Of a stretch of DNA of 64,000 bases, positions 1 through 9,788 are shown piece by piece. Below the pieces are notes generated by a model. That model worked only from the letters and a program-made list of their open reading frames with translations. It did no database searches and had not been told where the DNA came from. The stretch's first letter is position 1; every line of letters starts with the position of its first letter. Position numbers and translations under genes: made by a program. Source of the DNA: Candidatus Magasanikbacteria bacterium GW2011_GWC2_37_14. Lineage in GTDB: Bacteria > Patescibacteriota > Patescibacteriia > Magasanikbacterales > UBA922. Location of the stretch: assembly GCA_000990355.1 (NCBI GenBank), contig LBSX01000005.1, positions 4,584-68,583 on the forward strand, written 5' to 3'.

Positions 1-147
1 CCCGAAGGACAAGCCAGAATTCGTGTGCAGATTTCCGCAGCGCATTCTTTAGAACAGATTAATAAGTGTGTGGAGGCATTTGTGAAAGTGGGGAGAGAAA
101 TGAAAGTTATTTAGAAATAAGTTGTAAGACTTGAGATATAAGAAAAT

Positions 148-1179
148 ATGAATAATAATAGAAAATTTTTATATGGACATGAGTTGGTAGTGCAAGCCTG
201 TTTAGATGCCGAGGCCGAAGTGATGTACGGTTATCCAATTACGCCAACTTGTGAAATTTTGTCGGGTTGGATTGCCACAGGCAAACCAAGTTTACAAACC
301 GAAGATGAAATCGCCGCTGGTTTTGCGGTATGTGGAGCAGTCTTGGCCGGACAAAAAGCGTTTACCGCTTCGGGTGGACCAGGTCATATTTTGCTACAAG
401 ATGGTATGAGTATGGCCGAAGGCATGCGACTTCCGTTTGTAATTATTGTTGGCCAACGTGGTGGTCCTTCTTCGGGCACAGTAATTTATTCGCAACAAGA
501 AGTAATGCTGGCTTGTTTTGGTGGTAATGGCGAAGGCCTGCGCTTGGTATATTCGCCAGCCACTAGTAGAGAATTATACGAATTAACGCGTCAGGCTTTT
601 AATGATGCTTGGCAATATCGTTTTCCAGCAATTGTATTAACTGATGGTTATTTATTAAAAATGCGTAGTGGAATAAATTTGGCAGAAATTAAAATTGAAA
701 ATGTCCCGGCACATCAATTAGTACCAGAAGATAAAATTGTGCATTGGCCAAATATTTACACCATGGAAGAAGAATTAAACGAACAAATTAATTTAGCACA
801 AAAAGATTGGGATGAAATTTCTCCACCAATTGCCAAAGCTGAAATATTAGAAACTGCTGATGCCGAAATATTATTGATTGCTCACGGGATTGTGGGTGCA
901 GCAGTAAAAGAAGCTGTAAAACAATTAAGAAAGAGTGGAATCAAAGCTGGTTATTTTCGGCCAATCACATTACGACCATTTCCCAAAAAAGATTTAGATA
1001 ATTTGTTTATGAAAGATAACCTCAAAAAGATTATTGTTATTGAATCTAGTTCTGGCCAATTAGCACGCATTGTTCGTGAACAATTGGCGCCAGAAATTGC
1101 CGTTGGTTTTGAGTATTTACAAAAACCAGGTTTGGGAATAGAGGTGGAAGAGATAATTGATTTTATTAAGAATAATTAA
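148..1179 (+). CDS. 2-oxoacid:ferredoxin oxidoreductase alpha subunit (PFOR/KOR family)
   Basis: 343-aa ORF; motifs GYPITP and GGPGHILLQDGMSMAEGMRLPFVIIVGQRGGPSSG typical of OFOR alpha subunits; followed by beta and gamma subunit genes. Confidence 0.85.
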   Translation: MNNNRKFLYGHELVVQACLDAEAEVMYGYPITPTCEILSGWIATGKPSLQTEDEIAAGFAVCGAVLAGQKAFTASGGPGHILLQDGMSMAEGMRLPFVIIVGQRGGPSSGTVIYSQQEVMLACFGGNGEGLRLVYSPATSRELYELTRQAFNDAWQYRFPAIVLTDGYLLKMRSGINLAEIKIENVPAHQLVPEDKIVHWPNIYTMEEELNEQINLAQKDWDEISPPIAKAEILETADAEILLIAHGIVGAAVKEAVKQLRKSGIKAGYFRPITLRPFPKKDLDNLFMKDNLKKIIVIESSSGQLARIVREQLAPEIAVGFEYLQKPGLGIEVEEIIDFIKNN

Positions 1180-1183
1180 AAAC

Positions 1184-1246
1184 GTCATCCTCGCGAAGGC
1201 GGGGATCTTACAACCAATTCAGGATTCCCGCTTTCGCGGGAATGAC
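1184..1246. repeat. inverted-repeat pair GTCATCCTCGCGAAGGCGGGGATC / GATTCCCGCTTTCGCGGGAATGAC in korA-korB spacer
   Basis: two near-reverse-complementary 24-mers separated by 15 bp; member of GTCAT-initiated hairpin repeats seen elsewhere in window. Confidence 0.6.
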
Positions 1247-1257
1247 GCAAAAATAAT

Positions 1258-1929
1258 ATGCCAGAGAATTTAGCAAAATTTTGTCCAGGCTGTGGGTACC
1301 CAATTACTTTACTCATGCTTAATAAAACTTTAGAAAAATTGGGAATACAAAAACAAGCCGTTTTGGGACTTGATATTGGTTGTGCCTTGCTTGCTTGGAA
1401 TTTTTTACCAATCAATACTTTTCAAACACATCATGGGCGTGTTGTGCCAACCATGATGGGTTTTAAACGCGCAAGAAAAAATTCTCTTTGCGTAGCTTTG
1501 GTGGGCGACGGTGGTGCTTATGCGATTGGTTTGCAGTCATTAATTCATGCTGCCAAACGTGATGAACCAATTATGGTAATTGTTACCAATAATACTGTAT
1601 ATGGTATGACTGGTGGGCAAACCGCACCAACTACTCTAAATATGCAAATTACCCCCACTAGTCCACAAGGTAATATTGAAGAACCATTTTTTGGTCCAGA
1701 ATTATTAAAAGGAATTGTTAAAGAAGGTGCTTTTTTGGCTCGCACAGCAGTAAATGAACCAAAACAATTAATGGAATATTTGGAAAAAGCTATTCAAACT
1801 CAGGAAGTGGGTCATTTTTCTTTGGTAGAAGTTTTAAGTTTCTGCCCAACGAATTGGAAAACCGTTGGTACACAAACTATTGATAAATTAAATGGTTTAA
1901 AGAATGTTTTTAAATTGGGTGAATTATGA
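1258..1929 (+). CDS. 2-oxoacid:ferredoxin oxidoreductase beta subunit (TPP-binding)
   Basis: N-terminal CPGCGYP and GDGG TPP-binding motif, 223 aa. Confidence 0.85.
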   Translation: MPENLAKFCPGCGYPITLLMLNKTLEKLGIQKQAVLGLDIGCALLAWNFLPINTFQTHHGRVVPTMMGFKRARKNSLCVALVGDGGAYAIGLQSLIHAAKRDEPIMVIVTNNTVYGMTGGQTAPTTLNMQITPTSPQGNIEEPFFGPELLKGIVKEGAFLARTAVNEPKQLMEYLEKAIQTQEVGHFSLVEVLSFCPTNWKTVGTQTIDKLNGLKNVFKLGEL

Positions 1930-2435
1930 TTTTAAAAATTTTATTGGCTGGTGATGGTGGTCAAGGCATACAATCAATTTCAGATTTATTGGCACAAGCT
2001 AGTTTTGCCAATGGTTTTTTCATTTCGCAAATTCCTAATTATGGTTTGGAACAACGTGGGGGAGTTTCCTTATCGTTTTTAATTATTAGTGATGAGGAAA
2101 TTGCTTACCCGCGCTTTAGTGAACCAAATGTTTTGTTAATCATGAGTGAACAGGCTGATGCCCGAACGAAGAAATTTAAAAATGCAGACCTACCTACCGG
2201 CAGGCAGGATTTAAAATTAGACATTAATGATTTTGTGGAAGTCTTTAAAGAAAATAATATTTTAAAACAAAGTTACAATATTTTCTTTTTAGGATTGATA
2301 ACAAAATTTTTAGCAGATAAAAATATTTTAAAAACTGAACAAATTTTTGAATTGCTAGAAAAAAAATTATCAAAAAAAACAAATTGGGAAGAAAATAAAA
2401 AAGCATTTGAATTATCATTAAAAATTAATAAATAA
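1926..2435 (+). CDS. 2-oxoacid:ferredoxin oxidoreductase gamma subunit
   Basis: ILLAGDGGQGIQS N-terminus typical of OFOR gamma; 4-nt overlap with beta subunit gene. Confidence 0.8.
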   Translation: MILKILLAGDGGQGIQSISDLLAQASFANGFFISQIPNYGLEQRGGVSLSFLIISDEEIAYPRFSEPNVLLIMSEQADARTKKFKNADLPTGRQDLKLDINDFVEVFKENNILKQSYNIFFLGLITKFLADKNILKTEQIFELLEKKLSKKTNWEENKKAFELSLKINK

Positions 2436-2439
2436 TTTT

Positions 2440-4263
2440 ATGTGTGGAATTGTTGGTTATCTTGGTAAAAAACCGGCCTTGCCAATTTTAATTCAAGGGC
2501 TTCGCCGTTTGGAATATCGTGGTTATGATAGTGCTGGAGTGGCCGTAATGAACGGAGAGATTGTGCGCATGCGGGCAGTAGGTAAGATTGATAGTTTGGC
2601 TGATAAACTTAAGGATACAAAAATTGAAGGCACAGTTGGTATTGCTCATACTCGCTGGGCTACGCATGGTGGGGTAACCGAAGAAAATGCCCATCCACAC
2701 TTTGCTTGTGATGGTAAATTAGTTATTGCCCATAATGGTATTATAGAAAATTATCGCGAACTTAAAGAAAAATTAACTTCACTTGGTCATACTTTTAAAT
2801 CGGAAACTGATACAGAGGTTTTGGCGCATTTAATTGAAGTTAATTATAAAGGAGATTTGCGTTTGGCAGTAGAAACTGCGTTGGCTCAAGTGCGTGGTAC
2901 TTATGGTTTGGTAGCAATGCATGCCAATGAGCCAAACAAAATTGTGGCAGCACGTTTGGGAAGTCCATTGGTAATTGGTATTGGCGAAGGTGAATATTTC
3001 ATCGCGTCTGACGCCACGCCAATGTTGGCTTATACCAAAAAAGTTACTTTCTTGGAAGATGGTGAAATTGCCGAAATTGGTTTAGAAGGTGTAAGAACTT
3101 TTAATTTGCGTGATGAACTAATTAGTAAAAAAGTAGAAGAAATTGAATGGAACGATGAACAAGCACAAAAACAAGGCTATGATCATTTTATGCTCAAAGA
3201 AATTCATGATCAGCCAACAGTTTTTGAAGATGCAATTCGAGGTCGAGTAGATTTGGAAGAAGGCACAGCACATTTGGGTGGTTTAAATATGACCGATGAT
3301 CAGATGCGTTCTATTGAACGAATTGTTTTGATTGCTTGTGGTACGGCTAGTTATGCGGCCATGGTTGGTAAATATGCTTTTGAAAGATTGGCTGGCATTC
3401 CTACCGAAGTAGATGTGGCAAGTGAATTTCGTTATCGTGACCCAATTATTACCGACAAAACTTTGGTGTTTGCTATTTCGCAATCGGGCGAAACTGCGGA
3501 TACATTGGCCGCCGTGCGCGAAGCCAAACGTAAAGGTGCTTATGTGCGTGGGATTGTAAATGTAGTTGGCTCAACTATTGCTCGCGAAACCGATGGTGGC
3601 ACTTATATTCATGCTGGGCCAGAACTAGCAGTAGCTTCTACCAAAGCTTTTACCAATATGGTGGCAATTATGATTCTCTACGCCATTCAATTTGGTCGTT
3701 TAAAACGAGTTACTTTGGCTACTGGTCAAAGATTAATTAAAGCCTTGCTAGAAATTCCCGAAAAAATGAATCAGGTATTAAAATTAAATGACCAAATAAA
3801 AGTCTTGGCAGAAAAATATTCTGGTTACAAAGATTTTCTATTTTTAGGTCGTGGTATAAATTTTCCAGTTGCCCTAGAAGGTTCACATAAATTAAAAGAA
3901 ATTTCTTATATTCATAGTGAAGCTTATCCAGCTGGTGAAATGAAACATGGGGTAAACGCTTTGCTTTCACCCGAATTTCCAATTTTTGCGATACTCGTTA
4001 AAGATCAATTATATGAAAAAATGCGCAGTAATATTGAAGAAGTAAAAGCGCGCAAGTCGCCAATTATTTTGTTGGCGACTATTGGTGACGAAGCTGTCAA
4101 AGAATTGGCCGAAGATGTTATTTATGTACCTGATACTATGGAATTGTTGGAGCCTTTGGTTAATACCTTGCTTTTGCAATTGTTTGCTTATCACATGGCT
4201 GTTATACTTGGTAAAGATGTAGATCGTCCACGCAATTTGGCTAAAAGTGTTACCGTAGAGTAG
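2440..4263 (+). CDS. glmS: glutamine--fructose-6-phosphate aminotransferase
   Basis: MCGIVGY N-terminal Ntn amidotransferase start, two SIS domains, 607 aa. Confidence 0.95.
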   Translation: MCGIVGYLGKKPALPILIQGLRRLEYRGYDSAGVAVMNGEIVRMRAVGKIDSLADKLKDTKIEGTVGIAHTRWATHGGVTEENAHPHFACDGKLVIAHNGIIENYRELKEKLTSLGHTFKSETDTEVLAHLIEVNYKGDLRLAVETALAQVRGTYGLVAMHANEPNKIVAARLGSPLVIGIGEGEYFIASDATPMLAYTKKVTFLEDGEIAEIGLEGVRTFNLRDELISKKVEEIEWNDEQAQKQGYDHFMLKEIHDQPTVFEDAIRGRVDLEEGTAHLGGLNMTDDQMRSIERIVLIACGTASYAAMVGKYAFERLAGIPTEVDVASEFRYRDPIITDKTLVFAISQSGETADTLAAVREAKRKGAYVRGIVNVVGSTIARETDGGTYIHAGPELAVASTKAFTNMVAIMILYAIQFGRLKRVTLATGQRLIKALLEIPEKMNQVLKLNDQIKVLAEKYSGYKDFLFLGRGINFPVALEGSHKLKEISYIHSEAYPAGEMKHGVNALLSPEFPIFAILVKDQLYEKMRSNIEEVKARKSPIILLATIGDEAVKELAEDVIYVPDTMELLEPLVNTLLLQLFAYHMAVILGKDVDRPRNLAKSVTVE

Positions 4264-4265
4264 GT

Positions 4266-4334
4266 TTGTCATGCTGAACTAGTTTCAGCATCTCTCCTAA
4301 ATTAAAAAGATCCTGAAATAAATTCAGGATGACA
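4266..4334. repeat. double-hairpin repeat GTCATGCTGAA..TTCAGCATCTC ... GATCCTGAAATAAATTCAGGATGAC (copy 1)
   Basis: near-identical copy at 9213-9268; both directly downstream of a stop codon. Confidence 0.65.
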
Positions 4335-4343
4335 GTAAAAATT

Positions 4344-4994
4344 ATGAAATACAAAGCAATAATTTTTGATACGGATGGAGTCTTGGTAGATAATTATCAA
4401 GCTTGGTTAGCTTTTGATCGTCAATTTTTAGCACAATACAATGTCGTACCCGATGATGCCTATATTGCATATTGTAACGGACGAAGTGAAGAAGAAGTAG
4501 TACGTTGGGTAAAAGAAAAATTTAAAATTAGTGATAGTATAGAAAAAATTACCGAGAGCCGTCAGGATTATATCAAAGATATTTATCAAAAATATTCTCA
4601 GCAACAAAAAAATGCTGAAGAATTATTAAAAAAAATTAAAGCCAGTGATTTTAAAATAGCCTTGGCTTCGGGAGCCAAGCTGTGGATGATTGAAACAATA
4701 TTAAAACGTTTTAATTGGGGGCAATATTTTGAACAAGTAGTTTCTAGTGATCATGTAAATTATTGTGGTAAACCTAACCCAGAAATTTATTTACATACTG
4801 CCAGACTACTGGGAGTTAAACCAGAAGAATGTATAGTTTTTGAAGACTCAGAAAATGGAGTAGTATCGGCCAAAAATGCGGGTATGACTTGTATTGGTTA
4901 CAAAAATATTTATATTAATGATAATTTAAGTAGAGCAGATTTTATTGTGGATGATTTAATGGATAAAAAAGTTTTAGAATTTTTAAATATATGA
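4344..4994 (+). CDS. HAD-superfamily hydrolase (beta-phosphoglucomutase-like)
   Basis: IIFDTDGVL motif I; track ORF starts at 4329 but that ATG lies inside the upstream repeat (GGATGAC), so start set at MKYK. Confidence 0.65.
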   Translation: MKYKAIIFDTDGVLVDNYQAWLAFDRQFLAQYNVVPDDAYIAYCNGRSEEEVVRWVKEKFKISDSIEKITESRQDYIKDIYQKYSQQQKNAEELLKKIKASDFKIALASGAKLWMIETILKRFNWGQYFEQVVSSDHVNYCGKPNPEIYLHTARLLGVKPEECIVFEDSENGVVSAKNAGMTCIGYKNIYINDNLSRADFIVDDLMDKKVLEFLNI

Positions 4995-5941
4995 AGAAAA
5001 AAGTCGTAGTAATTGGTGGAGGTAATGGGGGAGCAATTTCGGTAGTAGCTTTAAAACAAAATTTGGCTTTATTTGATATTTCGGCAGTAATTTCTATGGC
5101 CGATTCTACTGGTTCTTCCGGTAAATTGCGCCAAGAATACAACATGTTGCCACCAGGCGATGTAATGCGGGTAGCTTTGGCTATGAGTCGTCATGATTAT
5201 CCTTTTCTAAAAGAATTGTTTTATCGTCAGCGGTTTAAAGACTTGGGCGAATTATCTGGTCATAATCTGGGTAATTTATTTTTATTTGCTGCCTGGCAAA
5301 TGACTGGTGATTTTGTACAGGCTTTGCGAGCTTTTGAACAAGGAGTACAAGCTGTTGGTAAAGTTTATCCAAACATTTTAAAACCTACTCATATTTGTGC
5401 CGAATTAAGCAACGGCCAGATTATCAAAACTGAAGGAGAGATAGATGTACCAAAATATGATCGTAGTTTAAAAATAAAAAAAGTTTATTTAGAACCAGCA
5501 GTATCTGCTTACAAAGAGTCACTAAAAACAATTTCCGAAGCGGATTATCTTATCTTAGGTCCTGGTAGTTTACATACTAGTATCATCGCGGCCTTGCTTC
5601 CCAAAGGAATTAAGGAAGTAATTAAAAGAAATACCAAAGCCAAATTAATTTATGTGGTGGGTAATGCCCGCCATACCAATGGCGAAACTGGGCCAGAAGA
5701 TGTGGCTGGTATGGTACAAACTTTGGAAAAGTATTTGCCTCGTCCATTAGATTTGGTAATTTATAGTGGTAATAAATTAACGGCTAAACAAAAAAAGAAT
5801 TATAAAGTGAGGGGTTGGAGTTTATTGGAAGATAATGGCGATTTACTTGGTAAAAAATTGTTACGTGCACCATACGAAAGAGACAGCGGTGGTGTTTGCG
5901 CAGAAAAATTAGGAAAGATTTTAAAGAAGGTGTTAAAGTAA
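4991..5941 (+). CDS. YvcK/CofD-family (UPF0052, gluconeogenesis factor-like) protein
   Basis: VVVIGGGNGGA and ISMADSTGSSG motifs characteristic of YvcK/CofD fold. Confidence 0.7.
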   Translation: MKKKVVVIGGGNGGAISVVALKQNLALFDISAVISMADSTGSSGKLRQEYNMLPPGDVMRVALAMSRHDYPFLKELFYRQRFKDLGELSGHNLGNLFLFAAWQMTGDFVQALRAFEQGVQAVGKVYPNILKPTHICAELSNGQIIKTEGEIDVPKYDRSLKIKKVYLEPAVSAYKESLKTISEADYLILGPGSLHTSIIAALLPKGIKEVIKRNTKAKLIYVVGNARHTNGETGPEDVAGMVQTLEKYLPRPLDLVIYSGNKLTAKQKKNYKVRGWSLLEDNGDLLGKKLLRAPYERDSGGVCAEKLGKILKKVLK

Positions 5942-5955
5942 TTATTTTATTTAAT

Positions 5956-6315
5956 ATGGAAATTAAAAAAGAAATAAAAAATGACGCTTTTGCTGTTAAA
6001 ATAACTTTAGAAGAAGAAAACAAAGTTTTGGGTTGGACTTTTGTTTATATTATGTTTCAAGATCGCCATCCCGAACCTTATGCTTATTTAGAAAATGTTT
6101 ATATTGAGGAAGAATATCGCAGTCGTGGTTTGGGTACTCAGTTGTTAGAGTTAGCTATTGCCGAAGCCAAAGAACAGGGGTGTTATAAAATTATTGGCAC
6201 ATGTAAAATGAAAAAAGTTCTCGTACATGAATTTTATGAAAAACATGGTTTTAAAAAAATGGGTTTTGAGTTTAGAATGGATTTAAAAGAGACTGAAATT
6301 TTGACTAAAGATTAA
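5956..6315 (+). CDS. GNAT family N-acetyltransferase
   Basis: YIEEEYRSRGLGTQLLELAIAEAKEQG acetyl-CoA binding motif; start moved to MEIKK. Confidence 0.7.
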   Translation: MEIKKEIKNDAFAVKITLEEENKVLGWTFVYIMFQDRHPEPYAYLENVYIEEEYRSRGLGTQLLELAIAEAKEQGCYKIIGTCKMKKVLVHEFYEKHGFKKMGFEFRMDLKETEILTKD

Positions 6316-6316
6316 T

Positions 6317-6946
6317 ATGGGTGGAATAAAAGTTATTGCCGTTGATTTGGGAGGGGTGCTTTTTTCCGAAGGGAAAAAGGTAGCTTTTAGTAATTTGGCC
6401 AAAAAATATAATTATGATGAAAAAATAATCTTGCCATTAATTTCAGCTCGTTTATCCCAAATAGCCAATGATACTAGGAAAGGATTGGTTGATGAAGAAG
6501 TATTTTGGGAGTGGGTTCAAAACAATTTACCAGTTGGGTATGATGCCAAATTGATTAGGCAGGAATGGTGGGACGGCTATGTTTTGGACCCGGAGATTTT
6601 TTCCGTGTTTAAAAAGGTGAAGAGTTTAGGATCAGTAAAATTAATTATTTTTTCTGGCAATTTTTCCAGCCGAGTTGCTTATTTGGAGGAAAAGTATCAT
6701 TTCGAAAGTATTTTTGATGAAAAAATTTATTCTTTTAATGAACATCTAAATAAAACAGGTAATTGTAAGCAGTTTTTGGAGGTTTTAATTAAAAAATCTG
6801 GAGTGAAAGCGGGAGAAATATTATATTTAGATGACGGAGAGGATTTTATTGAAGAAGCTAACAAATTGGGTATGAGAGGTAAGGTCTGTAACGCTGGAGA
6901 GATGAAAAGATTAGCTAACTATTTGGAAGAATTTGGAATAAATTAA
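6317..6946 (+). CDS. HAD-like hydrolase
   Basis: VIAVDLGGVLF motif I, C-terminal YLDDGEDF motif IV. Confidence 0.55.
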   Translation: MGGIKVIAVDLGGVLFSEGKKVAFSNLAKKYNYDEKIILPLISARLSQIANDTRKGLVDEEVFWEWVQNNLPVGYDAKLIRQEWWDGYVLDPEIFSVFKKVKSLGSVKLIIFSGNFSSRVAYLEEKYHFESIFDEKIYSFNEHLNKTGNCKQFLEVLIKKSGVKAGEILYLDDGEDFIEEANKLGMRGKVCNAGEMKRLANYLEEFGIN

Positions 6947-7809
6947 GCAGTAATTTCTCCTACCAATTTGTTGGGAAAGTCCATGGGGCCGTCGCCAGTT
7001 ACTACGGCATCGAAAGATAGAGAGTATTTCTGACGGCTGTCTGGGTCGGTTTCATCATTTAAAAAACCAACACTTAACAAATTATCAAATTTGGAACCCT
7101 CAACCATATCCAAATCATCGATATTGTCACCCAGTACTAACACATTTGGTCTGTCGGCAACGTCTTGGTGACATTCATGGCCGGCCACTAAAATTTTAGC
7201 TTTGTTGGCCAGATTAATTATTGGTTCCTTAATCCGGAGCAGTTTACCTGTTTCATCAAATTCATATTCATTAGCAATAATATGTATGCCCGGTCGGTAA
7301 AGGCCGGCTTTTTTTAAATGCCCTTCAATTAAATATCGAGGACCACTCGACATTAAAACTAGGGGAATATTGCTATTTCCTAATTGTGCTAAAAATTTTT
7401 CTAATCCCTGTCTAAAACAAATCCCGGGGTTGTCGATAATCTGGTCTAGCATCTGTTTGGTAAGTCCTAATTTTATTAATAAATTATTGGTTTGTTCTTG
7501 CCATTCTTGCATTTTGGCAGCGCGTTCTTCCGGGTTCAGGTTATAATTTATTTCTATAGGGTAGTATTTTTTAAACAGTTCACTAGAGGTAGTTGCGTAT
7601 TCCGGTCCCAAAACACCGCTACTTCTAATTTCGCTGGTTACTGAAGGGACAGGTTTGGCAGTGGTTAAGGTGCGATCAAAATCAGCCAGGACGTACATTT
7701 TTTCTGGACCGTCCTTTTTAAAGTCTTGAATTGTCGCTTCTAATCTTTCTCGATCGTTGCAGATGACCTCATATGGTGAATGTGTAGGTATTTCAGGTCT
7801 AAAGTTCAT
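6943..7809 (-). CDS. HAD-family 5'-nucleotidase, pyrimidine 5'-nucleotidase (UMPH-1/NT5C3)-like
   Basis: LADFDRTLT motif I and overall architecture resembling the eukaryotic-type cytosolic 5'-nucleotidase III family. Confidence 0.45.
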   Translation of the reverse strand: MNFRPEIPTHSPYEVICNDRERLEATIQDFKKDGPEKMYVLADFDRTLTTAKPVPSVTSEIRSSGVLGPEYATTSSELFKKYYPIEINYNLNPEERAAKMQEWQEQTNNLLIKLGLTKQMLDQIIDNPGICFRQGLEKFLAQLGNSNIPLVLMSSGPRYLIEGHLKKAGLYRPGIHIIANEYEFDETGKLLRIKEPIINLANKAKILVAGHECHQDVADRPNVLVLGDNIDDLDMVEGSKFDNLLSVGFLNDETDPDSRQKYSLSFDAVVTGDGPMDFPNKLVGEITA

Positions 7810-7820
7810 AATTTTATGGG

Positions 7821-7848
7821 TTGATAAATATACATATTAGAGTATAAT
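7821..7848 (+). promoter_or_regulatory. sigma70-like promoter TTGATA-16-TATAAT
   Basis: consensus hexamers 27 bp upstream of ATG 7875. Confidence 0.4.
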
Positions 7849-7874
7849 TTACCTTGAGTTTATCACAATTGTCT

Positions 7875-9206
7875 ATGATCCAGCAAATTATTGATCTCCA
7901 TATCCACTCCAAATACTCCCGGGCGTGTAGTAAGAGTTTGGAATTGTCAGAAATTGCCAAGGCTTGTGCTATTCGTGGGGTAGATATTGTAGCAACAGGG
8001 GATTTTACCCATCCTAAGTGGTTTGAACATATAAAGACAAGTTTGGTGGAGGAAAATGAAGGGGTTTATAAATTGAAGGCTCCCACTCCCCCTACCCCCT
8101 CTCGGGCAGAGGGGGACAGTGAAACCCGTTTCATTATTGGTACAGAATTATCGTGCATTAAAAAACACAAAGACAAAACTCGAAGAATTCATGTGTGTGT
8201 TTTTGCTCCCAATATTGAAGTGGCAGAAAAATTTAATAACAAATTAGAAACAATGGGTTTTAATTTACGTTCTGATGGTCGGCCAATTTTAGGTTTAACA
8301 GTAAAACAGTTGTTAGAAATTATGTTAGAGACTGATGAACGAATGATTATGATTCCCGCCCATGCTTGGACGCCGTGGTTTGGTATTTTTGGTTCCAAAG
8401 GTGGCTATAATAGTTTAGAAGAAGCTTTTGAAGAATTAACGCCAAAGATTTTTGCAATTGAAACTGGTTTATCTAGTGACCCACCAATGAATTGGAGGCT
8501 TAGTAAATTGGATAAAATTGCACTAGTATCCAATTCTGATGCTCATAGTTTGGAAAAAATTGGGCGTGAAGCCAATGTTTTGGAATTTGTAGATGAAAAA
8601 GCCATTACTTATGAAAATATTTTTAACGTCATTAAGGAGAGTTGCCACGTAAAATCTGCTTCATCAGCAGATCACGTGGCTGGAAAGTTACTCTATACAA
8701 TAGAGTTCTTTCCAGAAGAAGGAAAGTATCATTATGATGGTCATGCGAATTGTAAATTTGTTTGTGCACCAGAAGAAAGTAGAAAATTGAAAAATATTTG
8801 TCCTAAGTGTAAAAAAGAATTAGTAATTGGAGTAATGAATCGCGTGACGGAGTTGGCTGACAGAACAGAAGAAGAAGCAAAAAAAATAAAACACGTTCCA
8901 TTTAAAAGTCTGGTACCCTTGCCAGAAATTATTGCTGATTGTTTTAATTGTGGAGTGAGTACCAAGAGAGTAAAAGAAGTATATAATAAGTTAATTAAAA
9001 AGTTAGGTAATGAATTTAATATTTTATTAAATATTGATACGCAAGAAATTGCGTTTACTTCAGAACCAATCATTGGTGAAGCAGTTGAGCGAGTAAGAAC
9101 TGGTAAAATTTATGTACGGCCTGGTTATGATGGCGAGTTTGGAGTAGTAAAAGTGTTTAGTGATGAGGAAAGAGTTGGCAAAAAACAAATAGGCCTTGAG
9201 TTATAA
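7875..9206 (+). CDS. PHP-domain metal-dependent phosphoesterase family protein with C-terminal Cys4 cluster
   Basis: DLHIHSKYS PHP motif, HAWTPW, CKFVC..CPKC; contains in-frame palindromic insertion at 8081-8118. Confidence 0.6.
   Translation: MIQQIIDLHIHSKYSRACSKSLELSEIAKACAIRGVDIVATGDFTHPKWFEHIKTSLVEENEGVYKLKAPTPPTPSRAEGDSETRFIIGTELSCIKKHKDKTRRIHVCVFAPNIEVAEKFNNKLETMGFNLRSDGRPILGLTVKQLLEIMLETDERMIMIPAHAWTPWFGIFGSKGGYNSLEEAFEELTPKIFAIETGLSSDPPMNWRLSKLDKIALVSNSDAHSLEKIGREANVLEFVDEKAITYENIFNVIKESCHVKSASSADHVAGKLLYTIEFFPEEGKYHYDGHANCKFVCAPEESRKLKNICPKCKKELVIGVMNRVTELADRTEEEAKKIKHVPFKSLVPLPEIIADCFNCGVSTKRVKEVYNKLIKKLGNEFNILLNIDTQEIAFTSEPIIGEAVERVRTGKIYVRPGYDGEFGVVKVFSDEERVGKKQIGLEL
8081..8118 (+). 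repeat. GC-rich palindromic mini-element (core CCCCTCTCGGGCAGAGGGG) inserted in frame in CDS
   Basis: encodes APTPPTPSRAEGD; near-identical elements in three other CDS. Confidence 0.7.
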
Positions 9207-9212
9207 CTGTCT

Positions 9213-9268
9213 GTCATGCTGAATTTATTTCAGCATCTCAGGGGATCCTGAAATAAATTCAGGATGAC
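9213..9268. repeat. double-hairpin repeat (copy 2 of 4266-4334 family)
   Basis: GTCATGCTGAATTTATTTCAGCATCTC ... GATCCTGAAATAAATTCAGGATGAC. Confidence 0.65.
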
Positions 9269-9277
9269 ACAAATAAC

Positions 9278-9310
9278 AAAACCCTGTACCAGAACGGTAC
9301 AGGGTTTTTT
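9278..9310. terminator. bidirectional rho-independent terminator
   Basis: AAACCCTGTACC-AGAA-CGGTACAGGGTTTTTT with A/T runs on both sides; sits between convergent genes. Confidence 0.6.
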
Positions 9311-9316
9311 AGAAAA

Positions 9317-9469
9317 TTATTTTCTCTTTTTTGCTTTTTTAGCAACTTTTCGTTTAGCTACTTTTTTAACAGCTTTCTTTTTTGCTTTCTTAACAGTCTT
9401 TCTTACCACCTTTTTAGCTTTTTTAACTTTTCTAACAACTTTCTTTTTTGCTTTTTTAACTTTTTTCAT
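9317..9469 (-). CDS. histone H1-like lysine/alanine-rich basic DNA-binding protein (50 aa)
   Basis: MKKVKKAKKKVVRKVKKAKK...; strong RBS AAAGGGGGTGG upstream of ATG at 9469; terminator downstream. Confidence 0.55.
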   Translation of the reverse strand: MKKVKKAKKKVVRKVKKAKKVVRKTVKKAKKKAVKKVAKRKVAKKAKKRK

Positions 9470-9736
9470 ATTGCCACCCCCTTTCAAAAGAAGGCACATA
9501 TTTTGTTGTGACCATGGTGCACACCAAAATTTTTTATTGTGCAAATTGTACAGGACAAGCATCGCTGTAAATTTTTTCTACTTATGTGTATAGTATAAAG
9601 AATTTTTTTGTTTTTGGAAATAGTTTTTGGTATTTTAACTGTGCATAACTATTTTAAAAATAATTTTTTATAAAATTAATATATTTTTTTATTTTTTATA
9701 AAATTTTTTTAAAAAATATTTTATAATAAAGGGGTC

Positions 9737-9765
9737 TTGATTTTTTTTGCAAAATCTGATATAGT
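9737..9765 (+). promoter_or_regulatory. sigma70-like promoter TTGATT-17-TATAGT upstream of tRNA pair
   Basis: in very AT-rich region 9600-9780. Confidence 0.45.
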
Positions 9766-9788
9766 CTCATTATCTAAAATTTTGCTAT

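Noticed and set aside
330-527. 65-aa W/R-rich ORF inside korA
   Set aside because: Alternative frame nested in a well-supported CDS.
1185-1415. 76-aa minus-strand ORF containing SRESGNPE
   Set aside because: Translation of the intergenic GTCAT/GGGAATGAC hairpin repeat. It overlaps the korB start.
9320-9470. Regular short direct repeats reminiscent of a CRISPR array
   Set aside because: They are codon-level repeats (AAAGCTTTCTTTTTTGC…) inside a Lys-rich CDS with no spacer/repeat architecture. No CRISPR arrays or cas genes are present in the window.
9264-9593. 109-aa plus-strand ORF rich in F/L/T
   Set aside because: Antisense translation of the KKAKK-repeat gene. Its ATG is supplied by the hairpin repeat at 9213-9268. 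The minus-strand gene has a proper RBS and terminator.
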